Shown piece after piece: positions 38,650 to 52,495 of a stretch of DNA of 64,000 nt. This stretch comes from Octopus sinensis (taxonomy: Eukaryota). How positions within the stretch are numbered: position 1 is the first letter of the stretch; every line of letters starts with the position of its first letter. The DNA is taken from assembly GCF_006345805.1 (NCBI RefSeq), contig NC_042998.1, positions 52,328,001 through 52,392,000 of the forward strand. Direction: 5' to 3'. The position numbers were made by a program, and so were the translations under genes. The notes beneath the pieces are model-generated. The model ran no database searches. It was not told where the DNA came from and worked only from the letters and a program-made list of their open reading frames with translations.

Positions 38650-40120
38650 TTTTTCATTGCTGTCCTTCGGCAGGTTTCTTGGTTTCAATATTCACTTCTT
38701 TATGGATCACCAAGCTTCACTGACAGTTGACATGAGTTTGCTTCGATATGGCAAGAAAAGTATAGCAGTCTCATTTTCCTCCAACACCTGTATTTTTTCA
38801 AGGAATATAGCATCTTTAGTAACCTGATCATCACTGCTGATTCCTACAAGAGAGATAGAGCTTTCCATAATCATGTTTGGCAGACCGTGCTTTGGCTCCT
38901 GTGAAACCTCCATGGGGATTTCTCCAGATGGGTCAATTATCTCTAAAAGACCCCTAGATGGTTCGCTTTCATCTTCCGACTCACTTTCGGCAGCTTTTTC
39001 CTCAATGCCATCACCATCAAATAGCTCTGAGCCTTCAATATTGTTTGCACACTTGACCCCTTTTGGTGGAATTAAATTCTTAATGACTCTTTGGGCAGGT
39101 TATTGACATCATCTCTAGATGAAACCCTTGTATTGACTGACCAATGAGGTGCATGATTCAGTCTGATACCTTTTAATCTTCAGATCCATTGAAAGCATTT
39201 GTGGCCTATGATGACTTGAAAGCAGCTTCAACTTGCAATCTGCAAGTGCTTGATGTAGTATCTACATAATCACGGATTGACTGAATGTGGGTTGAACTAA
39301 CTTTTCTAGCATCTTTGCTTTCTCTATTTCATATTTTGCTTTCACTTGTTTGTGCAAGTGCATGTTATTAACTTGAACAAATCTGGTGATACCACCACCG
39401 ATGATGACCAGCACATAACCCCTTTTCCAGAGGGCATCTCTCACCTTAGGCATCAAATGCACCATGTAATCATCGAGCACATAAATCGAAAAATCGCATG
39501 TGAAAACATACTGAATTGGTTTGGAAAGTTTTCAGTAGTACAGAGCCACTGTTCTAATGTATAAGAACCTTTAGGAGACCATTGATATTTCATTGTTGGC
39601 AGGACATTCAGTAGTAGTGGTCTTTTTCCAGTTCCTTTAAATACAAACTCTGGAATAAGATTGATTTTGGTACCATTGCTAACCTAGGTGAACACTGTGA
39701 TACATTCCCTAGACAAATAGTGGTTTTCTTTGACAAACGTATCTTGATTTCTAGATGATAAGGTAGCTTGTTTGCTACTTTCATTTTGGTACAAGGGCAT
39801 TTGATCTCCATTGATAATGGGAGGTTCTATGCAAAATTTGTCAGGGAAATAACAACACACACTCCATATGTTTTTCAAATAATCCTGAATGCGCTCAACA
39901 CAATGCCTTTTGGAAATTGAAATGCATTTGTTTGGAAATTTCAGTGGTACCCCATACTCTTTTTGCCAACCTTTCATCCAGCTTTTTGAAATATAAATCA
40001 TTTCTTCAGTTGGTGTGTTGGGTGTTGGCAAATCCACTCATAAAATTTCTAAGCTTATAATACTCTTAATGGGTTTTTTGCCCACTCCTAATTTAATGTA
40101 AGATTCTCAGTATCAGTTTA
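38650..40120 (-). pseudogene. Decayed pogo/Tc2-type DDE transposase
   Basis: - strand fragments IINGDQMPL (first D), MLDDYMVHL...VLVIIGGGITRFVQVNN (cf. LLLD...H...IPGG.T..LQPLD); multiple frameshifts. Confidence 0.7.
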
Positions 40121-42337
40121 GGGATGGTATAATTAGTATGGTGAATTTACTATCCTTGAAGCTTGTTGCTGTAACATGGCAGAGTGTTCACAGTCTATGA
40201 CGATGTTGATGGTGGTAGCTTGTTGATCACTGTGTCTGTGTGTTCATTGAATAGCTGGTATACAGATTGACGAAACTCAATGGTGGTTGGTATACAGAGA
40301 TAGATGGGCAAAATTCAACTTGTTCAATAGGAAAGTTTATTCACAGCAGTGGGTTATGTACAATGTTAAGTGTTTTGTATAAGATTTCTGTATAGAGATG
40401 GATTGTGTTTAATCAAGATGTCTATGGTGTGTTAGCAGTAAATGAATGCATGATGTTAGATGTTGGATGTGCTTTGTGTATATAGACAGAGTCGTGATAG
40501 AAATGTTTCTAGAAAAGATGGTAGATGACGTGGACAAAGAATGTTCTCGTGTGAGAAAGGCCAGTGTTAATGTGATAGAGCAAAGCTGCATGCCAGGAGT
40601 CCTTTAGAGAAGCAAGACAAGGAACTCAATTAAACATGGCTGCAGCCATATTATATAGGAGACAATCAGACGTAATAGACTGTGCTTGTTAGAGGAAGCC
40701 AATCACAGACCGAATAGAGCTGTTAACTTACAGTGTTGTCTGAGCCTACCTGAGATTGAAAATATATGTTTTAAATCAAAGCTAGAACAGACATACTACC
40801 TACTCTTTTCTCTGCTATGATGTCATGAAAAATGTTCAAAGAGAAATTACTTGAGTTGTGTTGATGTTGTTAAATCCTTATTCCATAAAAAGTTTGTCCT
40901 GTAAAGATAAACAGTTCATTATTAAAGTTCTTAGTTTGCATGGAATTTGTGTTGGTTATTGGTAGAGAAATCGTAGAGAAATTGAAAATGGAGATTTGTT
41001 AACTGCAGTGTGGAGTAGCAGTAAACTCACACATATGTTACAGACTAGGGCAGTTGTTCAGCTTCAAGTTTTTATAAACTCTGGTTATAAAGCATATTTT
41101 CTGACAGCAATTTTCTTGTTTTCTAGTGTCCTGAAGCAGGTGTGTTGTGTCTCAAAATGGTTGATCTTCTTAAGGTTGAAGGTTATCAATACCCTAAAAT
41201 ATGCCTACATATACTATGGATAGATATTTTTGTTCCATGTGTTATAATAACCAACAAATCTCTCCAGGTTTTCTTCCCATTCCTGCTGGCTATTTTTTGT
41301 TTTTTTTTTCATCATGCTGATTCTCAATTTGTGTCAGTCAAAATACTAATGAATTTCCAAGAGCTTGTTGTTTTGTACTAGTAACGGGAGTGAGTTTAAT
41401 CGACTTTCCTCTTTCCTTTAAATTGCTGGCCTTGTGCCTATGCATCAGTTAATATGCCTTGCAGCATAGAGTTATGGCCCATTACATTCTGGGTTCAATC
41501 CTGCAGAGGTTAGCTTTACCTTTCATTCCTATGGGGTCGATAAAATACTCCACTTACTTCATTCCTATGGGGTCAATAAAATTACTCCACTTGTCCCTCC
41601 TCACAAATTGTTGGTCTTGTACCTAAATGAGAAATCATTATTTAAAATTTTCTAGGCTGTCACCCTTAATTTATTTAAAACCAGAATTAGTTACTTAGTT
41701 TATTTATCTTATTTATTTTATAACATATGGTATTACTTGTAATATTCTTTTTTTTTGTCATATATATATATGTATAATGCTTTTAACGTAAAATAAAATT
41801 ATTGTTAGATTCTCCAGCTGTTGTATCAATATGAATAGCTTATAATAAAATTTCACCAGAGATAGATTTTAATGTGACACCAGCATGAATACCTTTTATA
41901 TAACACCAGCTCTGGTATCAATTCAACCGTGGTGAATGGGTCTCTTTGAGAACTGCATGGTGCCAGATATCTCAGTCCTTAGTCATCTCCTTCATATGTT
42001 AATGAATAATGATCAATGTTTGATTATGTATAATGCACATTACATAATGAAGATGTGACCAGGCTGCAAATGCATATCTTCAGATATAAAAATGCATGTG
42101 CAGATATATATAAATGTGTGTGTGCAAACATGTTGATGTTTGAATTTGTCAATGTAATGTATTTAAGACTACAGGGACTTAATGCTTATACAACCACAAA
42201 TAAAAATTTAAATCATATTCATTGTGTGCATTTGTGTGTATGTGTAAATATATCTATATCTACCTACCTACCTTCCACCTGCCTATCTATCTATCAGTCC
42301 ATCAATCTGTCTGTCGGTCTGTGTGTCTACTTATCTA

Positions 42338-42405
<68 letters not shown>

Positions 42406-43657
42406 TCTATCTGCACATCTGTTTGTCTGTTTATCTATCAATCCATCTATCTTCCATCCTTCCATTCTTTCTTTTTCTTTATTTCTTTCTTCTTTCCTTT
42501 CTTTCTTTATTTCTTTTTTTTTTTACTAATTGTTTGAGGTGCCTATGTAGCAACAAGCAGACACAGACACCTTTGACCCACAGAAACATCTATAATGCAA
42601 CAGCTAATGTGGAAGAGGACTCCATGAACACCCATGTGGTACTCATTGCTGTTGAGAAAACTGGAGCAACATAAATTGAAGTACAATGCTCAAAGATACA
42701 GCACATATGTAATGAAAGGCGCAACATTGTGACTGTGAACTTTATATCTAAACCACAAGATAAGTACTAACTCCTTTAACCATGATGAGTACCATACACA
42801 AGTGAATAATGCCTTTGTAATTTCAAAAACAAAATTATCTGTGCTTTAAAAAAATCAGTGTTTAAGGAAGAATATAGAGTATCAATGTAAGGTAATAACA
42901 GGGGATCATACATATTATTACATAAGTTCTTTTGATCCAATTTGGAAATCTAGGTTACATAATCATTCTTCTTCCTTTAAGTTTTAATAATCTTAGTAAA
43001 TGCATTTGGGATTTGAAAGACAGGAACATCAACTGTGATACAAAGTGATCCATTATTAGTTATGCTCAATCATACAATACTAATAATTTTAAATGTGATC
43101 TTTGCCTTGAGAAAATGTATTATAATTACTTCTAAATTGTTATCTTTAAATTGTAGAAATAATTTTGTATTGAAATGTTCCCATAAATACAGGAAAGCCT
43201 TTAGATATTTCAATAGTAAACCTATTAATTATAACTACTTTTCCAGTAATTTAATATGCATAAATTTTCTAAAAAATTTTTTAGTAATTTAAGAGCTAGA
43301 TAATGGTCATGACATAAAATTTCTGTTTATTTCTTAAAATTATTTTGCTATCTACTGATGTCATCAAAGATTAAATACTAAACTGGCTTTTCTTACAATA
43401 TTATATTTCTTCTTAACATTGTATGTGTTCGTCTATTAGAAATATTCTTTTAATTTACTTAGAATTTAGCCCATTTTGGATTGCCTTGATAATATTGTGC
43501 TAGCAAATATTTTAAAATATATTAATCTGACTAGTATTTTATACCATTTTCACTATCTAAACATGCTGGTACAATAGAAACAATCGTTGCTAATGAATGG
43601 TGTAATCATCAATTAAAGATGTGATTTTATCAATTCTTGTTCTATATATATAGTATT

Positions 43658-43837
43658 ATAGATCTATCTAAGCTGATTTTACTGATTAGTTTCATAGAAA
43701 AAAGGAAGTGATAACCTAAGATGACACTCATCAGATGGGCTGGCAGGAAAAGTATGTTTTTCTGATGAGCACTGTCTTAGGTTATTACCTAACTCATGTG
43801 TGAAACTGACTGGCAAAATTGACTGAAATGGATCTAT
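43658..43837. repeat. 180-bp imperfect palindrome
   Basis: 28-bp inner stem (43708-43735 / 43761-43788) and ~39-bp outer stem; differences are almost all transitions. Confidence 0.7.
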
Positions 43838-44189
43838 ATCACTGCTTTTTCCATGGCAATTTAGATATCACTCATGGTTGTATTTGTTTTATGATGAGTT
43901 AGGCCTGACGATAACAGTCATCTCACAGTGTCCAACAAATCCTCTACATCCAACTTCAACTGGAAAATGCAGAAAGTATGGATGTAGGATGAGTAAGTGG
44001 GGTAGATGGCATATGTATATTAATGTTTGTTTTTATATTCAGTTATAACAAACACAATTTTACATTAATCTGGTGAGTTACTCTATACTTTTGTAGAGAA
44101 TAAATTTGTAATTCTTAACCAGCAACATTGTTGATAGTGGCTTCAAAGTTTTGGACAGCTAAGCTGTCTTCGAATATTTACATACACAC

Positions 44190-44237
<48 letters not shown>

Positions 44238-44239
44238 TA

Positions 44240-44638
44240 TATATAATATTAATTAGAGACAAAACCACTATTATGCAAATCAAACAAAGAAAGACTTAAT
44301 CCAATACATAAAAAATTTTATATAAATTAAATAAAATTAAGTTATCCACTACAATTGTTTCTTGTCACTTCTAAGGACATTCATCAGGTGGTTTTCAGAC
44401 CTTCTATTCAATTTTAAATTATGAATTACTTCATAATTTAAATTATGAATTACTTCATAATTTAAAATTGAATAGAAGGTCTGAAAACCACCTGATGAAT
44501 GTTCTTAGAAGTGACAGAAACAATTGTAGTGGATAACTTAATTTTATTTAATTTATATAAAATTTTTTATGTATTGGATTAAGTCTTTCTTTGTTTGATT
44601 TGCATAATAGTGGTTTTGTCTCTAATTAATATTATATA
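44240..44638. mobile_element. Fold-back (inverted dimer) of a second Penelope-like terminal repeat family
   Basis: ~185-bp near-perfect inverted arms; hammerhead motif in each arm; (TA)n on the left. Confidence 0.75.
44488..44532 (+). ncRNA. Minimal type I hammerhead motif (mirror copy on - strand at 44346-44391)
   Basis: ccac-CTGATGA-a-tgt(t/c)...gaca-GAAACAATTGTA-gtgg: stem I ccac/gtgg, palindromic stem III ACAATTGT, predicted GUA site. Confidence 0.7.
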
Positions 44639-44776
44639 ATATTTTACTATAAAATTGGATTCAATCCTAAATCTGATTTTTCCCTGTAAATTTGGATTTA
44701 TTCCCTAATATTTATTATTATATATATATATATATATCTATATATATATATATATATTATATATATATATATATAT

Positions 44777-44807
<31 letters not shown>

Positions 44808-44884
44808 TGATATATATATATATATATTGATATATATATATATATATATTGATATATATATATATATATATGATATATATATAT

Positions 44885-44925
<41 letters not shown>

Positions 44926-45133
44926 TTGTTATCGCCATATTAATATGGCATTCTTATAGATATAAGAATAATCGCTGCCGCTGTTCAGCTCCATGAGGCC
45001 ACCGCCTTAAGATAGCTATTGATACACGATCTGTATCCATTATAACCTTCAAACAAGAGACGTAGTAATTTTAATATTTCTATTATATATATATTGATAT
45101 ATATATATCTATATATATACATATATACAAATT

Positions 45134-45364
45134 TAGGGTATGGAATCAATAAAATCCAGGTAATATTTTTCATAGCCAGCAGAACCTGAGAAGTAGTAAT
45201 TTCCCTGCTAGTTAACATGATGGCAATGTAACCATCATTTGACTAAAGTATCCTTGGCCCGATGAGTAGCTAGTGGATTGCCTCTCATTTGGGTAGTTAC
45301 TACTTCTGAGGTTCTGCTAGCTATGAAACATATGCAGCTTGGATTTTATTAACTCTGTTCCCTA
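45134..45364. mobile_element. MITE with ~70-bp imperfect TIRs starting TAGGG (hAT-like; no TSD seen)
   Basis: aataaaatcc...catagccagcagaacctgagaagtagtaa versus its reverse complement at 45295-45350; related end at 51845-51870. Confidence 0.6.
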
Positions 45365-45616
45365 ATTTTGGATTTTTGTTCACTTAAACAACAACCCCAG
45401 CTGCTAAACATGGACTATACAATAACTTTGTACAGCTTAGCGAACTTTGGTAGGAAAACAGTTTACAACCTTCTGTGTCAATAAACCACTATTGTTCCTG
45501 AAACTTGTTTTTTATACCTTCTACAGACTGCTAGAATCTTACTAACTTCCTACACCTTGATCTCTGGATCTTACCTTTACACACACATACATACACCCCA
45601 TCCACCCACACACATC

Positions 45617-45830
45617 TTTAGCATTCAGATTATTGAATCAAAAGTAATGCTTAGTTATTCAGTTGCTTTGTATTAATCCTGCATCATCTCATAACTGTGA
45701 GATTTTGATGATATGATTGTTTATTTTTAGATTGGCATTGTACGGTAGGTGTGAGAGGCTTGATATGGCCAGTTTGAATATACAACATGCAAAATATTTT
45801 GGCTGGACATGGCTAATTTAAATGCTAAAA
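45617..45830. mobile_element. Decayed piggyBac-like MITE
   Basis: ctttagcattcag ... ttaaatgctaaaag inverted termini; TTAA ends lost. Confidence 0.35.
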
Positions 45831-45840
45831 GCATATATAA

Positions 45841-45916
<76 letters not shown>

Positions 45917-46056
45917 GTATAAGATGGAAAATAGTTGTAACACATGTGGTACTGGAATTCCACATGTGCTGTAAGCCATATATCTGTGTAAATGAGTGTG
46001 CATGTATGTGTGTTTGTGTCAACATTTCCGTCCTTGGATTTACATGTGAGTGTTTA

Positions 46057-46721
46057 TGGTACCAGTGCCGGTGGCACACAAGAAAATCATCCGAACGTGG
46101 CCGTAGCCAGTACCGCATAGACTGGCCTCCGTGCTTTGGGGACGTAACAAACACCATCCGATCGTGGCCGTCCGCCAGCCTCATCTGGCACCTGTGTCGG
46201 TGGCACATAAAAACACCATCCGAGCGTGGCCGTCTGCCAGCCTCGTCTGGCACCTGTGTCGGTGGCACATAAAAACACCATCCGAGCGTGGCCGTTCGCC
46301 AGCCTCGTCATCCGAGCGTGGCCGTCTGCCAGCCTCGTCTGGCACCTGTGTCGGTGGCACATAAAAACACCATCCGAGCGTGGCCGTTCGCCAGCCTCGT
46401 CTGGCAGTGTCGGTGGCACATAAAAACACCATCCGAGCGTGGCCGTCTGCCAGCCTCGTCTGGCACCTGTGTCGGTGGCACATAAAAACACCATCCGAGC
46501 GTGGCCGTTCGCCAGCCTCGTCTGGCACCTGTGTCGGTGGCACATAAAATCACCCACTACACTCTCGAGTGGTTGGCGTTAGGAAGGGCATCCAGCTGTA
46601 GAAACACTGCCAGATCTGACTGGCCTGGTGCAGCCTTCGGGCTCCCCAGACCCCAGTTGAACCGTCCAACCCATGCTAGCATGGAAAACGGACGCTAAAT
46701 GATGATGATGATGATGATGAT
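46057..46721 (+). mobile_element. RTE 3'UTR insertion with ~6.5 VNTR units
   Basis: (GAT)n tail; candidate 7-bp TSD tgtttat at 46051-46057 and 46721-46727; shares diagnostic variants with 21249-21716. Confidence 0.9.
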
Positions 46722-46764
46722 GTTTATATTTGAGTAAGCTCATGTATGATGATGATTGTTTCAT

Positions 46765-46998
46765 CTTATTTCTTTACTGCCCACAAGGGGCTACACATAG
46801 AGGGGACAAACAAGGACAGACAAACGGATTAAGTCGATTATATCGACCCCAGTGTGTAACTAGTACTTATTTAATCGACCCCGAAAGGATGAAAGGCAAA
46901 GCCGACCTAGGCGGAATTTGAACTCAGAATGTAGTGGCAGATGAAATACCGCTAGGCATTTTGCCTGCCATGCTAACGTTTCTGCCAGCTTGCCGCCT
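46765..46998 (-). mobile_element. tRNA-derived SINE (OR-like); other copies at 50650-50795, 60360-60475, 61995-62135, 62140-62362 (-) and 25270-25550, 41450-41640 (+)
   Basis: - strand ggcggcaagctggcagaaacgttagc...gagttcaaattccgcc.aggtcg.ctttgcctttcatcctttcggggtcga. Confidence 0.8.
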
Positions 46999-47029
46999 TA
47001 TGATTGCTTCATCTTGACAGATGATAGCT

Positions 47030-47400
47030 GTCCCATCATCACACACATCACCCCATCACACAGTACAATCACTCCATTGATGAGCCCTTAGATGACTTTT
47101 AAGACCAAATGCTGACTGACAGGGTTTAAAACACAAGTCACAGATGTTATTGAAGTTTCTTCTATATCTTTGACCTTTGGAATCTGATTCTGGAGGAATG
47201 CTTTTGTGAACTAGCAAATGTCTTTCCAGTCCAGATATTGCCTTACAAGTCATAAGAGGTGGTCAGTGTTCAAAATTATTACCTATCTGAGCATTACAAT
47301 TTTCACAGGACTTCATATAATTCATGTACCCTGCTTTTGACAACAGAACACTGTCACATATAATACATTTTGCTATTTATACCTGCATTTGTGTATTTAA
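47030..47400 (-). pseudogene. C2H2 zinc-finger-bearing ORF end, probably the C-terminus of a second RTE-like LINE
   Basis: CIICDSVLLSKAGYMNYMKS, TCKAISGLERHLLVH, ICDLCFKPCQSAFGLKSHLRAH; one in-frame stop; no TGEKP linkers. Confidence 0.5.
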
Positions 47401-47487
47401 TCTTTCACTGCATCAATGTACACACCACCAAGCATTAAATGAGTTTATGACTTAGTGTGTGTGTGTGAGCTTGTGTACATATGCATA

Positions 47488-47550
<63 letters not shown>

Positions 47551-48398
47551 TACAAAATTAGAAAATGGAGAAACATACTTAAATCAATCAAACATCAACC
47601 ATCAGATGATACCCAATCAATACTTTATTACACCATTACATAACAGTAAAGGCATTATACAAAATATATTGTAAATATAATTAGACAAGGAAATAGAAAT
47701 ATAAAATATAAAATATAATATGTAATTAATATACACATATATATATATATACACATTATATATATATATACACATTATATATTGATATAGATTTACAGAT
47801 ATAGATATAAATATGGATATAAATATATGTATATATACATTTTTGATATATATCTATCTATGGTATATAGATGAATTCTATGAAGTGTGTATGTTATACA
47901 CGTTTGTACGTGTTTGTGTGCATTTGTGCATTTGTGCATGTGAGTATGTGTGTTGTGCATGCATGTGTGTGTATGTGTGTGTGTTGTGCATGTGTGTGTG
48001 TGTGCATGCATGTGTGTGTGTGTGTATGTGTGTGTGTGTATGAGGTATAAAATAAATACTGGAACTAGCTCTAAACCTCTTAAAACGTGTAACTACAGAA
48101 AGTCATAAAACGTTTAAACTTATATTACGGCAGTATTAATAAAAGATTTTATCACATCAACATGAACAGTCATTATACGAAAGACATGGAACAAACTGTT
48201 AAGTATGATATATATATACCTAGATACATACATATATATATATATATATGTTTTGGTAAATTAATATTTATGAGTTGTTCAGTGAAGGAAGGGCATAAAC
48301 ATTCACCCCTTTCATCTTAATGTAAACCAGACAAAAAAAATTGGAAGATAGATAGATAGATAGAGAGGGGGGAGAGAAAAAGAGAGTGAGAGCAAGAG

Positions 48399-48435
<37 letters not shown>

Positions 48436-49288
48436 TAGAAATATTGGAACCCTACTTTCCTACCCCTTGTCAGTAAAGGGCCTAAAGCTTTTAAAATGTT
48501 CCACTTAATAAGCATTAATCAGTTTACACATTAAGTTGCAGATTTGACTGAAGAAATTATTTTCTGAAATCATTATTCAATTGGTGCTCTTGGTTTGTAG
48601 CCACAGATTAATTAGATACTATGAGCTGTTATCATTCAGTTGAGGGCGTTCATGGAAATTGTTCAAGCAGAACAATGATGTAGATGCATTTATTTCTATA
48701 TGTAAGTATTTATACATGGCAGTATTTATACATAGCGATATTTATTTTGTTTGTCCATTATAGTGACAGGAACATCTGCCTGGAGATGAATAAACATTGC
48801 TAGCTCATGCAAATGCTCATATACATATATATGCAGCTGCATTCACACATTCCCATACATGTTTAACCTAAGAGGCAACTTTGCTTTATGATGAGAAAGA
48901 AAGAAATACATAGACATGTGTGTGAAAAGGGTGAAAACGAGATATAGATTTTATGGTTGATAGGCTTTGCTTACTAACCATAACAATTGAACTTTTGTTT
49001 TTGGTAAGTCTAATGTTGTTGTAATGGAGATGTGTGGCCAATTAGTTAGGACCTCAGACTCCCAACCATAATCAGTGGGTTCCATCCTCAACTAAGTAGT
49101 ATATTGTCTTTGACTTTGTCACATCATTTGACTTTGCTTCAGTTCACTCATCTGGAAATAAATTCCAATACCAGTTGATGGTTAACCCTGTGATGGTATG
49201 GCGTCCCATTTAGGGTGTCTTGTACTCTCAGCTGCTTAAATGCTAACGAAAATGGAGATTGGAGTGCAGAGGATAAGCTCTGGCTTAA

Positions 49289-49492
49289 CCCTCTTGTTAC
49301 CGTATTTATTTTGAGATGTTCTGTTTCTTTCAATTACGTTAAATATACCAAAGAATTTAGTAAAATAACTTAGTTATCATTCAACTAGTGTTAGGAACAT
49401 AAATCGTGGAAGATTTTAATTTAAAAATTATGAAAACAAGACATTTGTACTCAGAACAAGAGACGGTTTCAGCCTGGTTGCTAATGAAAGGG
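49289..49492. mobile_element. piggyBac-type MITE, 204 bp
   Basis: TTAA|CCCT...AGGG|TTAA termini. Confidence 0.7.
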
Positions 49493-50544
49493 TTAAATAA
49501 GTCTGTAAGCATGAGACTGATTTTATCGTTGCTGTTGCTGTTTTTAGTCCTAACTCAGTTTGATTAAGCAGACTTAAAATTTAAAAAAACAACGATGTTT
49601 CAGTTATGACCTTCCCATTTTTTTGTATATCAGAGACTGTATTATCCAATATGTTATTTCATTTTTTTTTTGATATTGTAGGCTGAGATTTGAGAAAGAA
49701 GTGCTACTGCTTCTAACAGGTCAAGTGCTCATAAGGGCAGGGAAAAGTATTAGGCCAAGGATCATTTGGTACTGGGCTGCATAGAAAAAATTAATTAAAA
49801 ATTTTATTTATATTTTATTGACTATCACAATCTGTTAGATATTTTTTGCATTACATATGTATTACACTGTGTAACACTATTTTTATCCTTGGGTAGCAAC
49901 TGTTATTTCCTATTTGTTTATCCCTAGAAAGTATTAAAAAATGGATAATATTTCTTTCAAACTTTACTTTTATTATATTCATTCAAACCCCAAAGAATCC
50001 CTCTCAACATATGAGCTATGATGCTCCGCCATAACTCTTGCTCATGATTAGAGATGCACATATTGCCACTAAGGGACGTGCTCAAGTGGTTAAGGTCAAG
50101 CAACTGACCAGCAAATCTATGGTATTAAGCAGAATATTTGCTATAATATCAATGCTTCAGCAATTCAGTACTGCATTTGTCTGAAATGTAATGGGAATTA
50201 GGTCAGATTCAAAACATTGATGACAGGTGGCAAAAGCAAAGTTTGAAAGGAATAGTTGTCATTTCCTTTGATTTCTTGATAGAAGCAAATAGGAAATAAC
50301 ACTTACTGACCAAAGACAAAAAAAAAATCATAAATAGAAATTTTGTTTCACAGTGTTTTATATTTAATAATTAAATTATATATTATGAACATTATTTTTT
50401 TGTTATGAGTGTGATCCTGTGCTTCATGGAAAAAACAATGTCTTGTTTGAAATTTATCAAATATAGGTTAGGGTTTGCTCATATAGGGATTCACTTATTG
50501 CCATTTTTTGCTCTGTTTCTCTTTTCTTATATTTTTTAGCTTTT

Positions 50545-51085
50545 ATCTTTTACTTGTTTCAGCCTTTAGACTGTGGTGATGCTGAGCCACCTATGACTGA
50601 ATGAATTGACCCCCGGACTTATTTTTTGTAAACCTGGTACTTATTCTTATTTAATTATTGCTCACAAGGGGCTAAACATAGAGGGGACAAACAAGGACAG
50701 ATAAAGGGATTAAGTCAATTACATCGACACCAGTGCATAACTGGTACTTAATTTATCGACCCCGAAAGGATGAAAGGCGGAATTTGAACTCAGAACGAGT
50801 CTCAGTTACAGGGTTATAAACAGACCAACGCTGGTTGTCAAGTGGTGGTTGGAGACAAACACATACACAATGACACGCACATACACACACGGACACGCAC
50901 ACACACTGATATAGAGACACACAGACACACACACACACACTCACATACATAGAAATCCTTTTACAAGGCTTTGGTCAACCTGAGGCTACTGTAGAAGGCA
51001 CTTACTGAAGGTGCCACACAGTGGCACTGAACCTAGAACCATGTGGTTGGGAAGCAAGCTCTTTACCACACAGTCATGCCTGTGA
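50545..51085 (-). mobile_element. OK-like SINE with a nested partial OR-like SINE (50650-50795)
   Basis: OK body resumes on both sides of the OR segment. Confidence 0.7.
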
Positions 51086-51603
51086 TTATATTTATTAATT
51101 CATCTGTGTTTTGTCATGTGCTATTTCTACACATTAGAAGTGTGTTTCTAATTTAAGATTCTCCCAATATTCATAATATTTTCATTCAACAACTTCCTTC
51201 AGTAATTCATTCTAGATTGTATTGATGTGGTTTCATAGAGAAGATTTTCTATCTAGTTAGCTGGTTGCATTGCTTCTTAAATAATTTATAAGAACAATGG
51301 AATTCCAATTTATAAGATTGATGGAATTACAAACAGTTTCTTTTTGTGGTGGACACTTCCTGACCCTTCAAAACTTTTGTTGATCATTTTTGCTATGTTC
51401 AAGGCTGTAAATAACAGCGAGAATGATGAGATGCTTCAAGATTCTAAAACAAACTAAATGTTTGGCATACTTGGTGTCAGTTGCCCTTAAATGTAAAAAA
51501 CAGAAATAAAAAGAACAATGAGCACATATGTGTGTGTATGATATATATAGATCATGTGTATATGCATGCATACATCATCAATATCATTATAATATATGCC
51601 TGT

Positions 51604-51640
<37 letters not shown>

Positions 51641-51683
<43 letters not shown>

Positions 51684-51751
51684 ATAGACAGATAGACAAA
51701 TAGATAGATAGCTTGATAGATAGATATATAGATAAATAGATAGATAGATAA

Positions 51752-51837
<86 letters not shown>
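51641..51837. repeat. (GATA)n microsatellite
   Basis: Long, slightly interrupted run. Confidence 0.95.
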
Positions 51838-52171
51838 TATGTAGTTAGGGTAAAAATCCAAGCTGCATCATCTTGAAGCACATCTGCTTATTCCAGTATT
51901 CCAAATTTGTATGTAGATATTATGTTTGCATGAGACGTGCATAAGAGTTGAAAATTCTGTGAAATTTTTTTCCAGAGTAATTTTCTAGGTGCAGTCGTGG
52001 CTGCGTGGTAAGATGCTTGCTTCTCAACCACATGGTTCTGGGTTCAATCCCACTGTGTGATATCTTGGGCAAGTGTTGGGCCAACCAAAGCCTTGCGGGT
52101 GGATTTGGTAGAAGATGGAAACTGAAGAAGCATATCATGTATGTGTGTATATATATATATTATATATATAT

Positions 52172-52202
<31 letters not shown>

Positions 52203-52495
52203 GTTATACATATATGTGTGGTGTGTCTTTGTGCCTGTGTTTGCCCAAAATTTGGGTAAATATATTTTTCAGAGTAATTTTCTAGGTGCAGTCATGGCTG
52301 CATGGTAAAATACTTGCTTCCCACACATACATATGTGTGTATGTATATATATATATATATATTTTATAAAAGGAGCTTCTATAGAAGCTCCTATAAAATA
52401 AATTAATTTACTCTGCTATGTATTGAGTACCTTATTTACTGTGGTTAACCCCGACTCAACCCGGGACCTACATATATATATTATATATATATTTA

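Noticed and set aside
43757-43812. Hammerhead from CTGATGA (43762) to GAAAC (43802)
   Set aside because: A possible stem II exists, but no compatible stem I/III and cleavage triplet could be found; the motif is explained by the palindrome.
43865-43992. AG...GTAAGT-bounded 128-nt open frame on +
   Set aside because: The peptide is unrecognisable and no partner exons were found; compatible with chance.
46145-46545. CRISPR-like regular repeat array
   Set aside because: Units are contiguous with no unique spacers, sit in a LINE 3'UTR, and no cas genes are present.
52371-52392. 22-bp perfect palindrome aggagcttctatagaagctcct (also a ~45-bp AT-rich hairpin at 3661-3706)
   Set aside because: Short fold-back remnants inside TA-associated repeats; no function can be supported.
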